A stretch of DNA of 63,994 nucleotides, counting the filler, from Lenisia limosa (taxonomy: Eukaryota > Protista > Breviatea): NCBI GenBank assembly GCA_001655205.1. It is 13 parts of 13 records of this genome, joined end to end, with 100 filler letters (N's around TTAATTAATTAA, not from the genome) between each part and the next. Parts side by side here need not be neighbours in the genome. Positions count along the whole stretch, not along the records: positions 1 to 11,297 come from LPNZ01006800.1; 12 more parts are not named here. One strand, given 5' to 3'. The notes under the pieces were generated by a model. The model was not told the DNA's origin. It searched no databases and worked only from the letters and a program-made list of their open reading frames with translations. The translations under genes were made by a program, and so were the position numbers. Shown here in pieces: positions 1-11,397 of this stretch. Within the stretch, counting starts at the first letter, position 1. Each line of letters begins with the position of its first letter.

Positions 1-434
1 AGGTTGCCCTGGAGTGTACTCGCTTGCGTTGTACAGTGGAGCCAGCTGCACTGAACAGAGTACTGCTATTGACAAGGTATGTACGGGAGTACTCTGCTTG
101 AAGAGGTGGCTCGCTTCTTGTTCACATGATTCACAGTTGAGTTCTTCATGGTTTGAGGTACTCTGACTGTTCAGCTTATGCCTGTTGCAAGCTTACCCGG
201 GACATATTCCCAAGTTAGCGGAGGTTATGACCATGTTGCGATCCTGAAGTGACTCCTAAATCCTTCACTTATTTATTATATTTTTGCTACTTGGGCTTTT
301 GTTGTACTTTACAACCTTCATAACCTTCATAACACATAATACAAAAAAAACAAGAATCAAAATCGAAAGAAAAGAAAACCAAGAAAACAAAAGAATAATA
401 GAATAGAAAAGCTAAATATCATCAGGAGCCTCCA

Positions 435-2048
435 TCACCTCTGACGGAGGGTCGTCCAAGAGGGGGGTGCTAGCTGGGTCAAAAACTGAAGGAGCCAGAA
501 AAATCCATTAGTACTCCAAAAAACCGACCTTTTGGCATCGTCAAGATCGGAAGGAAGGTCGGCATCTACACCCGGGTCTGCTGGTTCGTCTAAATCGTAA
601 GCTGGTTCAACGGCACACATCAGGTGCTTCTTTCAAATGTTTGGTTGGTCTCTCTTCATAAACACCAAAAAAAAACCTAGGCGTTCGAGAACGCTGGCTA
701 AAACAGAAACGATAATAATTATGATAATAGATTTTTTTTTACCATAAGATAAAAAAGCCACAAACCTGGGAGGTCCACCACTGGCTTGGTGATGTTGATG
801 TCAGGCAGGGGGGCTACTTGAGTATCAGCTGCACTACTATATTCCTCAGGTTGAGGCACTGAAGAGTGAAATCGGATATGGGAGGTCTCACCACTCGGGC
901 TCTTCATTTGTAAGGGGCTGGCAAACTCGTTGCTTCGTAACGACTGTACCGATAGTTGCTACATAATCAGAACTCCAATTGAGCACATACCGGTTCAATG
1001 ACATCAACATGCCGAGGCTGTCTGAAGAGAAGAACCACCACCACCACAACCGCGACAAGAACAAGTCCGAACATAATTGCAAGGGTTTTCTCTCCTGAGC
1101 AATGAAAACTCCTCTTAACATTTTGTGAGGATCCCAAAGACCACAACTCATACCATTATCTGGCTCTTCAGTGTTAACCCCCTCAATTGGAGATACCTCA
1201 ATAATGCTGCCATCTAAGACATAAGACATCACATTTTGCATGATCTCGCCATGTTTCTTTTGCGCTAACCGGAAGAACAAACGGGCAAGTCAACCCAGGT
1301 TCCGTTAGTAGTACACCGGATATCATCCACAGTTGATACATGCCCTTTATTGCAGCTCACTTCACATGGGGTACCTGGGGAGTGAATTCAAAACCAAATC
1401 ACCTTTATGTAAAGCAGCAACGCAATAAAAACAACTTGAATGACATCACCAAAGATAGAATTCTTTCATCAAAATTTATTATCATTTCAATAAAACATGT
1501 GCATATGCGACAGAAGAAAGTACTGAATTTCGGTTTATTATAATTTGGTATAATATATGATATATCATACTTTTATTTCATGCTCCTCCCCCCAACCCGA
1601 AGTTGCATAAGCAGGGCATTCAATGACTCCATTTACAACCAAAGGAATATGATCACATTCAGTGGCTACACGGGTTATCTCGACAAGGGGGATAATGCCT
1701 CAACAAGGTAAATAGCTCTCAAACCGTTGCAAAAATGGCTGGGAAAACCGGATTCCTGCTCGCTGCAATCAAAAGGGCTTGCCATAGTTGCTACATAGCC
1801 CTAGAAAATGATAAAGTGGAACATTGAATGAGGTGACCTCTTATCCACACTAACTGTGGAACAATTGAAAGAGCAGGAGTAGAGGTCAAACATAATGTGC
1901 TCGCAATAAACGGAGCCTTGATCGACCGTCTTATTGACTGCAACACAGGCTGACAGAACAACTAGAAGGTCACAAAAAAGAATATTATCTTACCATTAGC
2001 CTGAAACAGAACAGCCAGGATAACGAACAGGATTGTCCAGCCTTTCAT
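435..2048 (-). CDS. Spliced gene, putative secreted/membrane protein of unknown function (exon structure only partly resolved)
   Basis: ATG at 2048 gives the signal-peptide-like MKGWTILFVILAVLFQANG, followed by a GTAAG..CTAG intron. Further minus-strand coding segments lie at 1700-1960 and 435-1280, and the frames do not join cleanly. Confidence 0.35.
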
Positions 2049-2487
2049 TTTAACTGAAGTGTACTGAGTTTATGAAATCGCAATTGGAAAAACCAAACAC
2101 AAGAAACGATTTCTCTAGGCCCACTATTTGAGCAGAGGCGTGAACAACTAAATTCAGTTTCTCTTTTTTTGAAATATTTAGATTCAATCTAACTATTTCT
2201 ATTCAAAAACAGTTTAAAGAGAGTTGGAAAGCGCCAAAGGCTAAGCAAAAAGGTGCATTTCGCGTGCACGTAGCGCATCTTGCTTTTCAGTGCTTTTTTC
2301 CTTCTCACCCACCACCCCCTCTCCTCATAATTCAATAATTACAATATATACATCAATACTGATTACTGATTCATTTCAATAATCCACTGACCTACACCGA
2401 CCGGACTAGCTACATCAGAGCCAGTGAACATATTGCTTTCAAATACAACACAAACTATTTTGAGTCTTTGGTTTCCCTGTCAACGCA

Positions 2488-3733
2488 ATGAGTGACCTTC
2501 CAGAAACTGTATGACATGTATTGAATGAGTTGACTCTTCGTCTTCATGGCAGACTAGACACGAATACGCTTCTTCTTATTATTTCAGAAGCCTTCAGAAA
2601 CAGAACAGTTCATCAAGAACCTGTTTACAAGGTATGGGTTTGTGTAATATGGCTCAATTGGTTATTGTTTATCATGTAAAGAATTTGGTGGTGGTTTCCC
2701 GTATCCTTTTTTCACAAACATAGATTTATGCATCCTTTTTCATAATCTGGCCTGTAGGTTTCCGGACCTGGGTGGTGTTGTCATTACTGCGGCTTCAGAT
2801 GGAATCACAATTATTGAAGGTGTGGATAAGAATAATTCTGTGAGTATCGTATTCTGCTATTGATACTGATTCTGATTAACGGCATAAACAATATTCAGTG
2901 TTATGTTAGTACTATTCCTTGATTTGTTTTCTAACTTTTTAATGATATCAGGATTGGGGTATTTTTAAGTATGTTGAAAAGTTTTGTTGGTGGCTTGATT
3001 TTATGTTAATCTTGGTTTCCCTGTTTCTATTTCTGTCATTTAATTCGTCATTTTCACCTAGTATATTCTTTGTATCATAAATAAATTGGCTTTGCTGAGA
3101 AGCTGGCCATTCATGATTTCGAATATTTGTTGGACATTTCATTTTCTATTACGTTTCTTCACATAATCCATTACGAAATTATTTCCTTACCCCTCTTCAG
3201 AATATCGCAGTTCAGATTTGAAGGTAACAAAACCATCTCTCGCTCTGACAGCCAGCATAGCAGCGGAACGAGTGGGTGGCTTCTTTTCTTTTGGCTTCTC
3301 TGGAGAATATATATAACTATAATGAATTGATGATTGGGGCTCTGGATTCAAATCCACCTTGTGAAGGTGCATTTTAATGCAAACCCACTTATTTTTAACG
3401 GGGTATAATTATTGCTGTGAGTTGGATTTATGTTTTTCTTTTCGACCATTTATTTGTAAACAGGTCGGAAAGCTGACTTCAGGATTGCATTCAAGTATAG
3501 TGTGTACCTATCCCTCGTATCATGTCGTTCACAGTGTTTTTCATCCGTAAGCGTGGGATGGGACGGGTCTTGTGATGCAGCATTGACAGTGCAGGCTGAT
3601 CTTGACCTTGATCGGCACTGGCGAGTACTCGGCGTCTACCACGACGGCACTTGCCGACACCGTGCGCCAGGCCTTGGAGCCTCTCAGGGCCAAGATAGAG
3701 AGCCTCGGCTACCATCCCTTGGAGGAAATTTAG
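2488..3733 (+). CDS. LAMTOR3: Ragulator complex subunit LAMTOR3 (MP1) homolog, spliced
   Basis: GT-AG exons join to MSDLPETKPSETEQFIKNLFTRFPDLGGVVITAASDGITIIE..KPSLALTASIAAERVGKLTSGLHSSIVCTYPSYHVVHSVFHPLILTLIG..ALEPLRAKIESLGYHPLEEI*. This is collinear with the LAMTOR3 roadblock sequence (SDRDGVPVI..GSKLGL..SIICYYNTYQVV..PLVVSFI). Confidence 0.85.
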
Positions 3734-4439
3734 ACCCTCCTGTTTCTTGCGTATTTCTTTGAGGAGGAATGTAGCTCATTCGTCCACATTGTTAGATTGG
3801 CATGTTTGAAGTGAGAGAGGTAGTGAGTGTGGAGTATGTGATGAAAGGCGTTAGTGTTGTTGTTTGGTTTTATGAGTGTGAATATGTCACTCCGATCCCA
3901 CCGATGTCTCACACAATGACAGCACAATAATGTGTGGAGTGAGTTCGGGTGTGAATATGTGTGACGCTCATGGATCGCGATCGCTTGGTAGTTTTTTTTG
4001 TAATTTTTTGCATATTTGTATTTGAATTGGAATCTAGTGTTATTTTCTTGTTTTATTAGTTTATTGATTCTTGTTTAACGGATAGAAGGGAGAGAAGAGC
4101 TTCAAGCTGTGGAGTTTTATTGCATATTTTGAAAAGTAAACCTAACTGAGGCATTCTAGACAGTCTACTTCAATTATTCTATCACATGGTTGTAAATCAG
4201 GGATTTATTAGCGGCTAAAGATCAAGAGTCGATGAGCTCTTCAACCAAGTAAGAGGCTTCTTCCCACCTTTTTTCTATGCTTAGGTTTCTTTTGTGAAAA
4301 AAAAGATTATTTTTGACTTGGATTACTGAGATTCCACATCTCTTCTTTTCTGTTACCCAACAATTGTACCACTCTAATGATTGCATCTGGTTTCCCTATC
4401 TGCTACCATTTTACCGTTATATTACGATAATTACAGCCA

Positions 4440-5400
4440 TCCCTTGTCTATACGCAGCAGTATTCCATAAGCCTTACCTCCTTCAGTCCGCCATCAATTG
4501 CAGGCGGCCGAAGCGGCAAGAGTCTTTGGGCCCTCCCAAGGAACGCTTTGCGTGTCGGTAGGCGGGACTTTCAATCTTATTTCATTATGGATTTCACCGA
4601 TGAGACCCGGTGTTTTTACGAAGTTCAGCGTCATTGTCACAGTCGTCGTCAACGCTGCCGCCAGGTCAAGCCAAAGTCAGTCCAGTCGCCTCCGTTCGCC
4701 TAACGTCTTAGGAGGATACGAGTGGCTTGTCGCTAGGGTACAGGCAAAGCAAGGCATACCAACTCATTCGAGAGAAAGTCCAAGATGCTGTGAGAATCGT
4801 GTCTTTTCTTGTCTCATTTACCGTCATGTGATTGTTATTGTGTTCATTTCTAATTGAAAGTCAACTTTGAGCATATCATTTGTGGATATGGACAACATAA
4901 TGTTATGTTAATGATACCCTTTTTCTACCTTGTTTCGTCTCACCACGAATAGCCACAACCACGTCCGACACGACCGAAAACAGCACCGGGCACCCGGCCG
5001 CAACGGCCTCTTTCTGCGGCACCCGCAGCAGCAAGGCCATCCACTCGGGCTGGGTCAAGGCCTTCCACTGTGTCTCGTCGGACCAGTGGGAGGGGGATTT
5101 GGTCAACATGCTATTGGAAGTGGGAATTCACCCGATTTGTTTTATAAAAGAGACCAAACTATAATATTGTAGTAGTATAATGTTTTGCCATTGAAATGGC
5201 ATGGTGTAATATAACGGTTTAGACGAAACCCCTTCTTCACGACCGCAAACCAGAATGTCAAGGTGATAATGGGATTCATTCAGCTAAAGATACGTGAAAT
5301 TGATTATCCAGGCCGGGTACACGACAGTCTCATGGCGAAAAGAACTACGTAATGACGTCACTGAAAAAACGGTAAATATTTTGCACCAGTATGACTCTTT
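4440..5400 (+). CDS. Probable spliced gene, Pro/Arg/Ser-rich protein of unknown function
   Basis: GC-richer segments bounded by AG/GT, e.g. PQPRPTRPKTAPGTRPQRPLSAAPAAARPSTR..RNPFFTTANQNVKLKIREIDYPGR. Frame and ends are uncertain. Confidence 0.3.
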
Positions 5401-5713
5401 AGACCCTTTGAGCGTACTGACAGAGACATTCTTCATTTACTACACGCATTTTCTCCTTTGAAGGTGACCTGGGCGGTACAGGCCTGCGCTTATTCTCTCA
5501 TTGTTCGTTCATTTTTGACCAGCCATTTTCCACACAAAGCAGTGTTGTCATTGACATACCTTACAGGAATTTCAAAAGATGTCAGTTCGACAGCGAAAGG
5601 ATCTATGCCATATTTTGGTCTATTTACCTGCAGAAGAGAACACTCGGGTTGGTGGGATCACAGTAATACATTATTGGTTTGTTTTCTTTCCAAGCGCTGA
5701 TAAAAATGAAGCT

Positions 5714-5808
5714 ACGGCTTCACTTCGGTTCGAAAAAACTGAATTTCTATCTTCAAAAATTATCGATATAATATTTACCGATATTTTTCGAACCGAAGTG
5801 AAGCCCTC
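5714..5808. mobile_element. MITE family A copy (about 95 bp, about 22-bp TIR)
   Basis: TA-CGGCTTCACTTCGGTTCGAAAAA ... TTTTTCGAACCGAAGTGAAGCCC. The same TIR and internal ACTGAATTTC core recur at 26064, 49118, 50245, 50919 and 54063. Confidence 0.85.
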
Positions 5809-6111
5809 AGTATTAGGGCATCGTAATTGTAATTGAATTTTGGATTGCTTTTTATTAACTAATTGGTGAATCGATTTTTTACTCCATAGGTTATTAACCA
5901 GGGAGAAGTCGGGACGGAATGGTTCATTATTTGGAGGGGTAGTGTCCGCATCACAATCAGAGACGCTCACGGAGGTGAGTGTGTAAATGGGCGGTTAGAA
6001 AAAGAAAAGTATCTAGAGGGTATGTTGAGGAACAAACATGTAGACCAACATATGTAAGGCACGTCACCTGACTGTGAACACTAACCTGAACGTGAACATC
6101 AATAAAAACCA

Positions 6112-7230
6112 CTACTTCTTTCTCCCTCTCCCTCTCCCCCGTCCTCTTCCCCTTCCACTTCCGCCTCCACACTTCTTTCCTCTTCCTCTTGCGGCAACAA
6201 TTTCATCAGCTTCCTTAATATGGGCGTCAATAACATTTTTTGCCCTCCTGAGTCCAACTACTACCTTTTCACTGTCTTCAACTCTCTTCTTCATTTCCAA
6301 TCTCTTCTTCTACTCCACTTCATCTCTCTTTCTCTTCTTGATCTGTTCAATATAATCGTCATCCAGGGTCTTCTCTGGTACAATACTAAAGCGTTTCTTT
6401 GTGTTTCTCTTCTTGTTGTCATCAATTTCATCAAAAGCTGCAGTTGGGTCCTCACTGTATAATAGAGGATGATCTGCCCAATACTGCTGATTCCTCTGAG
6501 AGAAATCCGCAAAAATGTTATTAGCCTCAATTATCTTCAAGTCAGCAAGGTCTTTCATCGTAACAGACTAATCTGTACCTTCCCCATGTTTCATCTTCTC
6601 CAGAAACGCAAGCGATCTGGGACTAGTCAGTTCAACGGATTTCAAAGATTTTCTTCTGAGGATTCACAGGGGATTCCAAACTCCTCAAGCAATTTGTTCT
6701 TCTCAAAACAGCGCCAGGATTCAAGAAAAGACTGCTGGAAAGGTGATTGTAGAAGAAAGTCTTAAAACCATTTCGAATTGTGTCTGGATGGCAACATTCG
6801 ACGTAGGCCTTCAATGAAGCTTTTACAATTGCAAGACGCTTTGCCTGTGCTCCAATAATACCATCCACTTTTTTCAATCTCGGAAATACTTGCTCAGCTT
6901 TGACTTGTAAACTCCATAAGGCCCCACATCCATCATTTTTGTTAAATATGAGGAGCTTTCATAAAAAGCAAAGCTGCAGGGTTTAACCTTGATGAATGTT
7001 GATCGTAAAGCTGGAGCATGTGCTTCGTCTTGCAATCACATGTGGTATCAGCACCTTGTCACACCAATCATAAAATGTTTCTGCACACTATAGAAGTTAA
7101 ACATCTATCCTGTTGTACCATACACAAGTTCAGCGTCATAGTCTTCTGCCACCTGAATCTCTTCCTTTGAAGCATTTTGCTTTGAAATGATAATATATGG
7201 GTCTGACTTTCTGTTTCTAACGTCATTATA
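6112..7230 (-). pseudogene. Decayed pogo/Fot1-like (DDE_1) transposase
   Basis: Broken frames give YGTTG*M (SGWM-like), TFYDWCDKVLIPHV, ESSSYLTKMMDVGPYGVYKSKL (HSSHLLQPLDVGVFGPLK-like) and TIRNGFK, then a K/E/R-rich tail with GR repeats. In-frame stops and frameshifts are present. Confidence 0.6.
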
Positions 7231-7643
7231 AGTTTTAAAGGTCTGTCAGAAGAGAAAAGGCTGTTTTTTTAGACTTTCAAAGCCCTATTTTCCTATTAGG
7301 CAAGTAAGGAACTTTCTGGAACTTTCGGGGTCCGAATCACAAAAATATCGCAAAAGTTATGAAACCTCCACAAACTTAATTCCCAATTTGAGAACATCCC
7401 AAAGTAACAACAAGAGCAGGATTTTTGAACTGATTATTTCAGAAAATGACCCCGGGCGCCCGGCCCGGAGTGCCAATTTTCCTGCAATTTGTGTGAAATT
7501 TTACATGCGGTCATTATTTCGTATTTCTATTGATTTTTATTGATGTCCAAGTTTTTTGAGGGAAATTATTCAAAATATTTCTAAAAATATCGGGATTTAT
7601 AGGGTTTTATAGGGTTTAGCCGTTCATGCATAACCCGTTGTAG

Positions 7644-9000
7644 CTGAGCACGCAGTAGCGCAGAGAGTTTCAGGCGAATCTTTTGGTGAACTCGCGCTTC
7701 AAGAAAACAAACCGAGGTGGAGGGCTGTGGAGTCTTTTGTGGTCATTACCACCGGTTGTCGTTTAACTATCTCAGGGCGGCATCTTGTATTTGTAACGAG
7801 TTTTCGGAGTTCTTAACAGTTGACAAGATACCTTTCAACAACATCATGCAGGTTGGCTTTTTGGATTATTATCGACATTTACGCCTTTTTTTCTCTCACT
7901 GTACAGCTTGCAATGCAGCAGTCAGTCATGAAGCTCCAAAGTGTGATTACTGAGGCGTGTGGTCCGTCTGTACCGTGGTCCTATAAGTGCCTTCAAACGA
8001 TCAGCAAAGTCATGGAACGAAAAGTTCTCAAGCCCAAAGAAAGTATGACAATTTAATGAAAGGCAGACTGCCACCTATTGTTCTAATCTCTTCAAGTTCT
8101 CCTCCAAGAAAAGAGTGCCTGTGACAGGGCTTATGTTGTTGTTAGAGGTAATATTATTCTCTCAAAGGAAGCCGAAGTCATTTTGGTAAGTATGGGCCTT
8201 GTTTTTGCGTTGTAATTTTCTAGGAAAACAAAACGGGTCAAGGTACTCGAGCAGTGACTAAGCCGATCAAAGCGTCGGAAGTGAGTTGCATACAAAGGTA
8301 AATAACTTTCTCACAACCAGGTTACTCAAGGCTGCTGGCTCGGATTGAAAGAGGTGGAAGATGAATCTAAATGGTTTTACACGTAGGGAGAGGGGAGAGA
8401 AATATCCAAATTGGAAAAGATTTGGCGCCGGATAGTTAAAAAAAGGAATCTCAATGCTGTATCACAGTTTAAGGCTTCAGTCTCTCAAAATAATACCAAG
8501 AGCATTATCTTGATTACACTGGCCCACACGGTGACCGTTTTAGTTTACGTGCGGGCGCCGAGGGAGCCGAGGTGGCGTCAATCGATGGTTACACATTTAA
8601 GGCAAGTGTGAAGGGGCAGAAAGTGGTATCAAAGAATGTTTAATGTTTCATATACACCAAAAATTCACTTTGATAGAAGTGGAAGCGTCAACTCGACTCG
8701 CCCTCCTTCGTCTTTTCCATCAAGTCAGTGGAGTGTGTCTTTTCAACTTATTCCATCAGGAAAGGGTTGATGATGAAGTTCTGCGGCAAACTTATTATTC
8801 TATTCAACGACAAAAGCGTTGGAATTCGTATAAGGTGGGGCATCGTTTCCTTTCTTTGTTCCTTCTAAATGTCTTGTTGTTTTAGTCCAGTTTTATTCTC
8901 CACAGAAATCACTGGTCCATGATGTTGTCGATCAAGCGAAGATTCTTAAAAGCATGCAGTCCAGCGTTGTGATTAGGAACAAAGCTTCAACCCCGTGGAG
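7644..9000 (+). CDS. Cyclic-nucleotide-binding domain protein (two cNMP domains), spliced; ends unresolved
   Basis: Exons encode GESFGELALQENKPR|AASCICNEFSEFLTVDKIPF. A second repeat follows: ISKVMERKVLKPKE|ILLQEKSACDRAYVVVRGNI ... QGCWLGLKE ... AEVASIDGYTF. Confidence 0.75.
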
Positions 9001-10009
9001 ATGACAAAACTGGGTCTTTTGATGTTGGCGTGATCTATTCGGTAAGTGATAGCTTCTTCTGGGAGTCTTTATTAGAAAAATACGGTGCTTGTTCAAACTG
9101 CTTATATGATATTTTCAAGAATAAATTGTCTTCCAAAATCACTTTTGCTCCAGGACGTAAGGTCATTTCATATGCTGGAAGAAAAAGGCATGAGTAGTTA
9201 GTAGTAGTTCTTTATTTTTTTTGGTTGTATTGGTTGTAGTAGTTGCTATTATTTAAGGTGAATGGAGATTTCCCCAGGGTTTCCCTGTGTGCACAGAGTT
9301 GTAAGGCAAATGATTGGGTGATTAATATTATACTATAATCCAATATCTCTTAAAAGCGTGATGGTGTGGAACGGCTTCGGCCAGATACATCTTTATTCTT
9401 ATGTTTTTATTCCATAAGCCTTCATGTCGAAAAAACCTCGAAAAAACCACTATACGTCATGCAATATAGTCTGCAGTTCACTGTTGGTTGACAATACATC
9501 TGGGCAAATCAAGGCAAATTCAAGGGGAAAGGTCCTGGAAAACTCTGATTGGTTTCGGACAGTTTCTTGTTTGCGGGTCAATTCGATTATGTCAACGATG
9601 ACCCGATGCCTTGGCCAATGTCAATGCCTCTTACCGCCAAACCGCCGAAAAACACGATTGCTTAGTTGCAAAAAAAACCAAAACAAATGGAGACCCTCTT
9701 GACATAGCATTTGGTGGTGTGTGAAAAAGTTGGTCCGTCTGATATCATAGTCCCGGATTGTTTGGATATGAGTATACTCGTGCTCTCTTGTTTATTTCAT
9801 CTAGTGTTTTAATAAAAGTTATTCCGCAAGGGAAGAAGACTTGGGAGGAAGAGAGACGGGCCCAATTAGTCAGCGTTCAGCTGGCAGACCGAGCCACAAT
9901 TGTCTTTCCCGCAAATCCTCAACCCTCAACCTCCAAATTTATGAAAGATTATTTATACTTGAAGAGATTACATATATTATGACGATTTAATAAGATCAAT
10001 TTATCGAGA

Positions 10010-10717
10010 ATGCCCTCACTGATGACTTTTAAACTCTTTCTGTGGGTTTTGCTTACAGTGACAGCTGTCCATGCCTCTGCTGCCATTACAGAGGCTGATT
10101 CTCCTCGTACATATGCGACTGGTAAGCTTTGAAGAGGAACACCATTCCTTATATTTAGGGATGTTTAGAGAGCTTGTTAATTCTTTGGAGCGCGCTTATG
10201 GCATGGTAGAGAACGATTTCTCTTTATTCCACTTGGATGTCACTTCAACGGAGGCTGTACTTCGAGTTTGTAAGCATTTGTCGTCACTATTCCTTCCTGT
10301 GACATTTTAGTTTTTGAAGACATGCACTTTGCTTTTACTGAGACGCTTGACAGATGCGGTTGGCTCACATTCCCTATTAAATACCTGCTGACCCTGTCTC
10401 ACCATTTAGATCTTCTAATTGGCTGTGAGAACCTTAATTGGGTACCCTTTGCGGGTTCTGCCCTTGTTCCAATCGTTTACATTCCGGAACAATCATTCCA
10501 AGAAGTGACCTTCTCTCAAGAAGTGATTTCTGGTATTTATTCCCAAGAAATAACTAGTATTAATGACACACGCATTTTGTCAAAGAATCCTGGTTTCAAA
10601 GAGGTTAGTTTTTGGGGGGCATTTTCCTGACGTTGCTTCAGGAGTTCAGTGCCAACGCAGACATCCCGCTTGTGCTTGTCATCAATGAGAACAGCGATGC
10701 CTTGGACCTTTTGAAAG
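10010..10717 (+). CDS. Spliced gene, putative secreted protein of unknown function (partial)
   Basis: MPSLMTFKLFLWVLLTVTAVHASAAITE is a signal-peptide-like start, followed by GT-AG-bounded coding segments. Confidence 0.35.
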
Positions 10718-11297
10718 GTGGGCTGGGAGGTTTCGGCTCTGACCGTTGGTGTTGTTGATTGGGGTTGGGATGAGGACTGCAACATAGCAATTGACTAAAT
10801 GGCCCCAATATCAATCGCATAGTTGTAATATATTACTATAATATGTTTTTTGGCAGAGCTTAAAAGAAATTAGTGCACACTGTGAGTTTTGGGTAGTTGG
10901 TTATACCAAATTGAACACATACAATAGAATACAGATGATGCACTGTCTGCGGTATGTCTTGATCGATTTATTTCTTGAGAAAATCTGATTATATTGGCCA
11001 AGACTTACCAGTCACTGTATTATACCAGTCAATGTTTGAAGTGGGGTCAGACCGAAAATTAATTCGTGATGTTCCGGGGCACTTCCGTCATTCAAACTGA
11101 ACCACAGCAACCTTTCACACTTAACATACTCGCTTTCAGCACAGCTTACACTATGTATGTATAATGTGTATTTGATTTTTTTGGATAGGTCACCAACAAC
11201 TATTCTCTATTCTTGTTATTATCCATCTTTTTGGAGGAATATCTTTTTGGAGGAATGTCTACCAAGTAAAATTGTGCGGCACGCGCTGTTGTTTGAC

Positions 11298-11397
11298 NNN
11301 NNNNNNNNNNNNNNNNNNNNNNNNNNNNNNNNNNNNNNNNNTTAATTAATTAANNNNNNNNNNNNNNNNNNNNNNNNNNNNNNNNNNNNNNNNNNNN
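11298..11397. other. Artificial scaffold-joining spacer N44-TTAATTAATTAA-N44 (first of 12)
   Basis: Identical 100-nt spacers with stops in all six frames start at 11298, 13846, 16145, 25229, 27008, 29063, 31376, 47195, 48611, 54609, 61555 and 62809. Confidence 0.97.

Noticed and set aside
1-252. RCC1-like repeat fragment (QVSGGYDHVAIL)
   Set aside because: Only one short motif, and no splice solution without stops.
6110-6200. RGG/GR-repeat RNA-binding protein
   Set aside because: It is a low-complexity tail of the decayed transposase frame, interrupted by stops.
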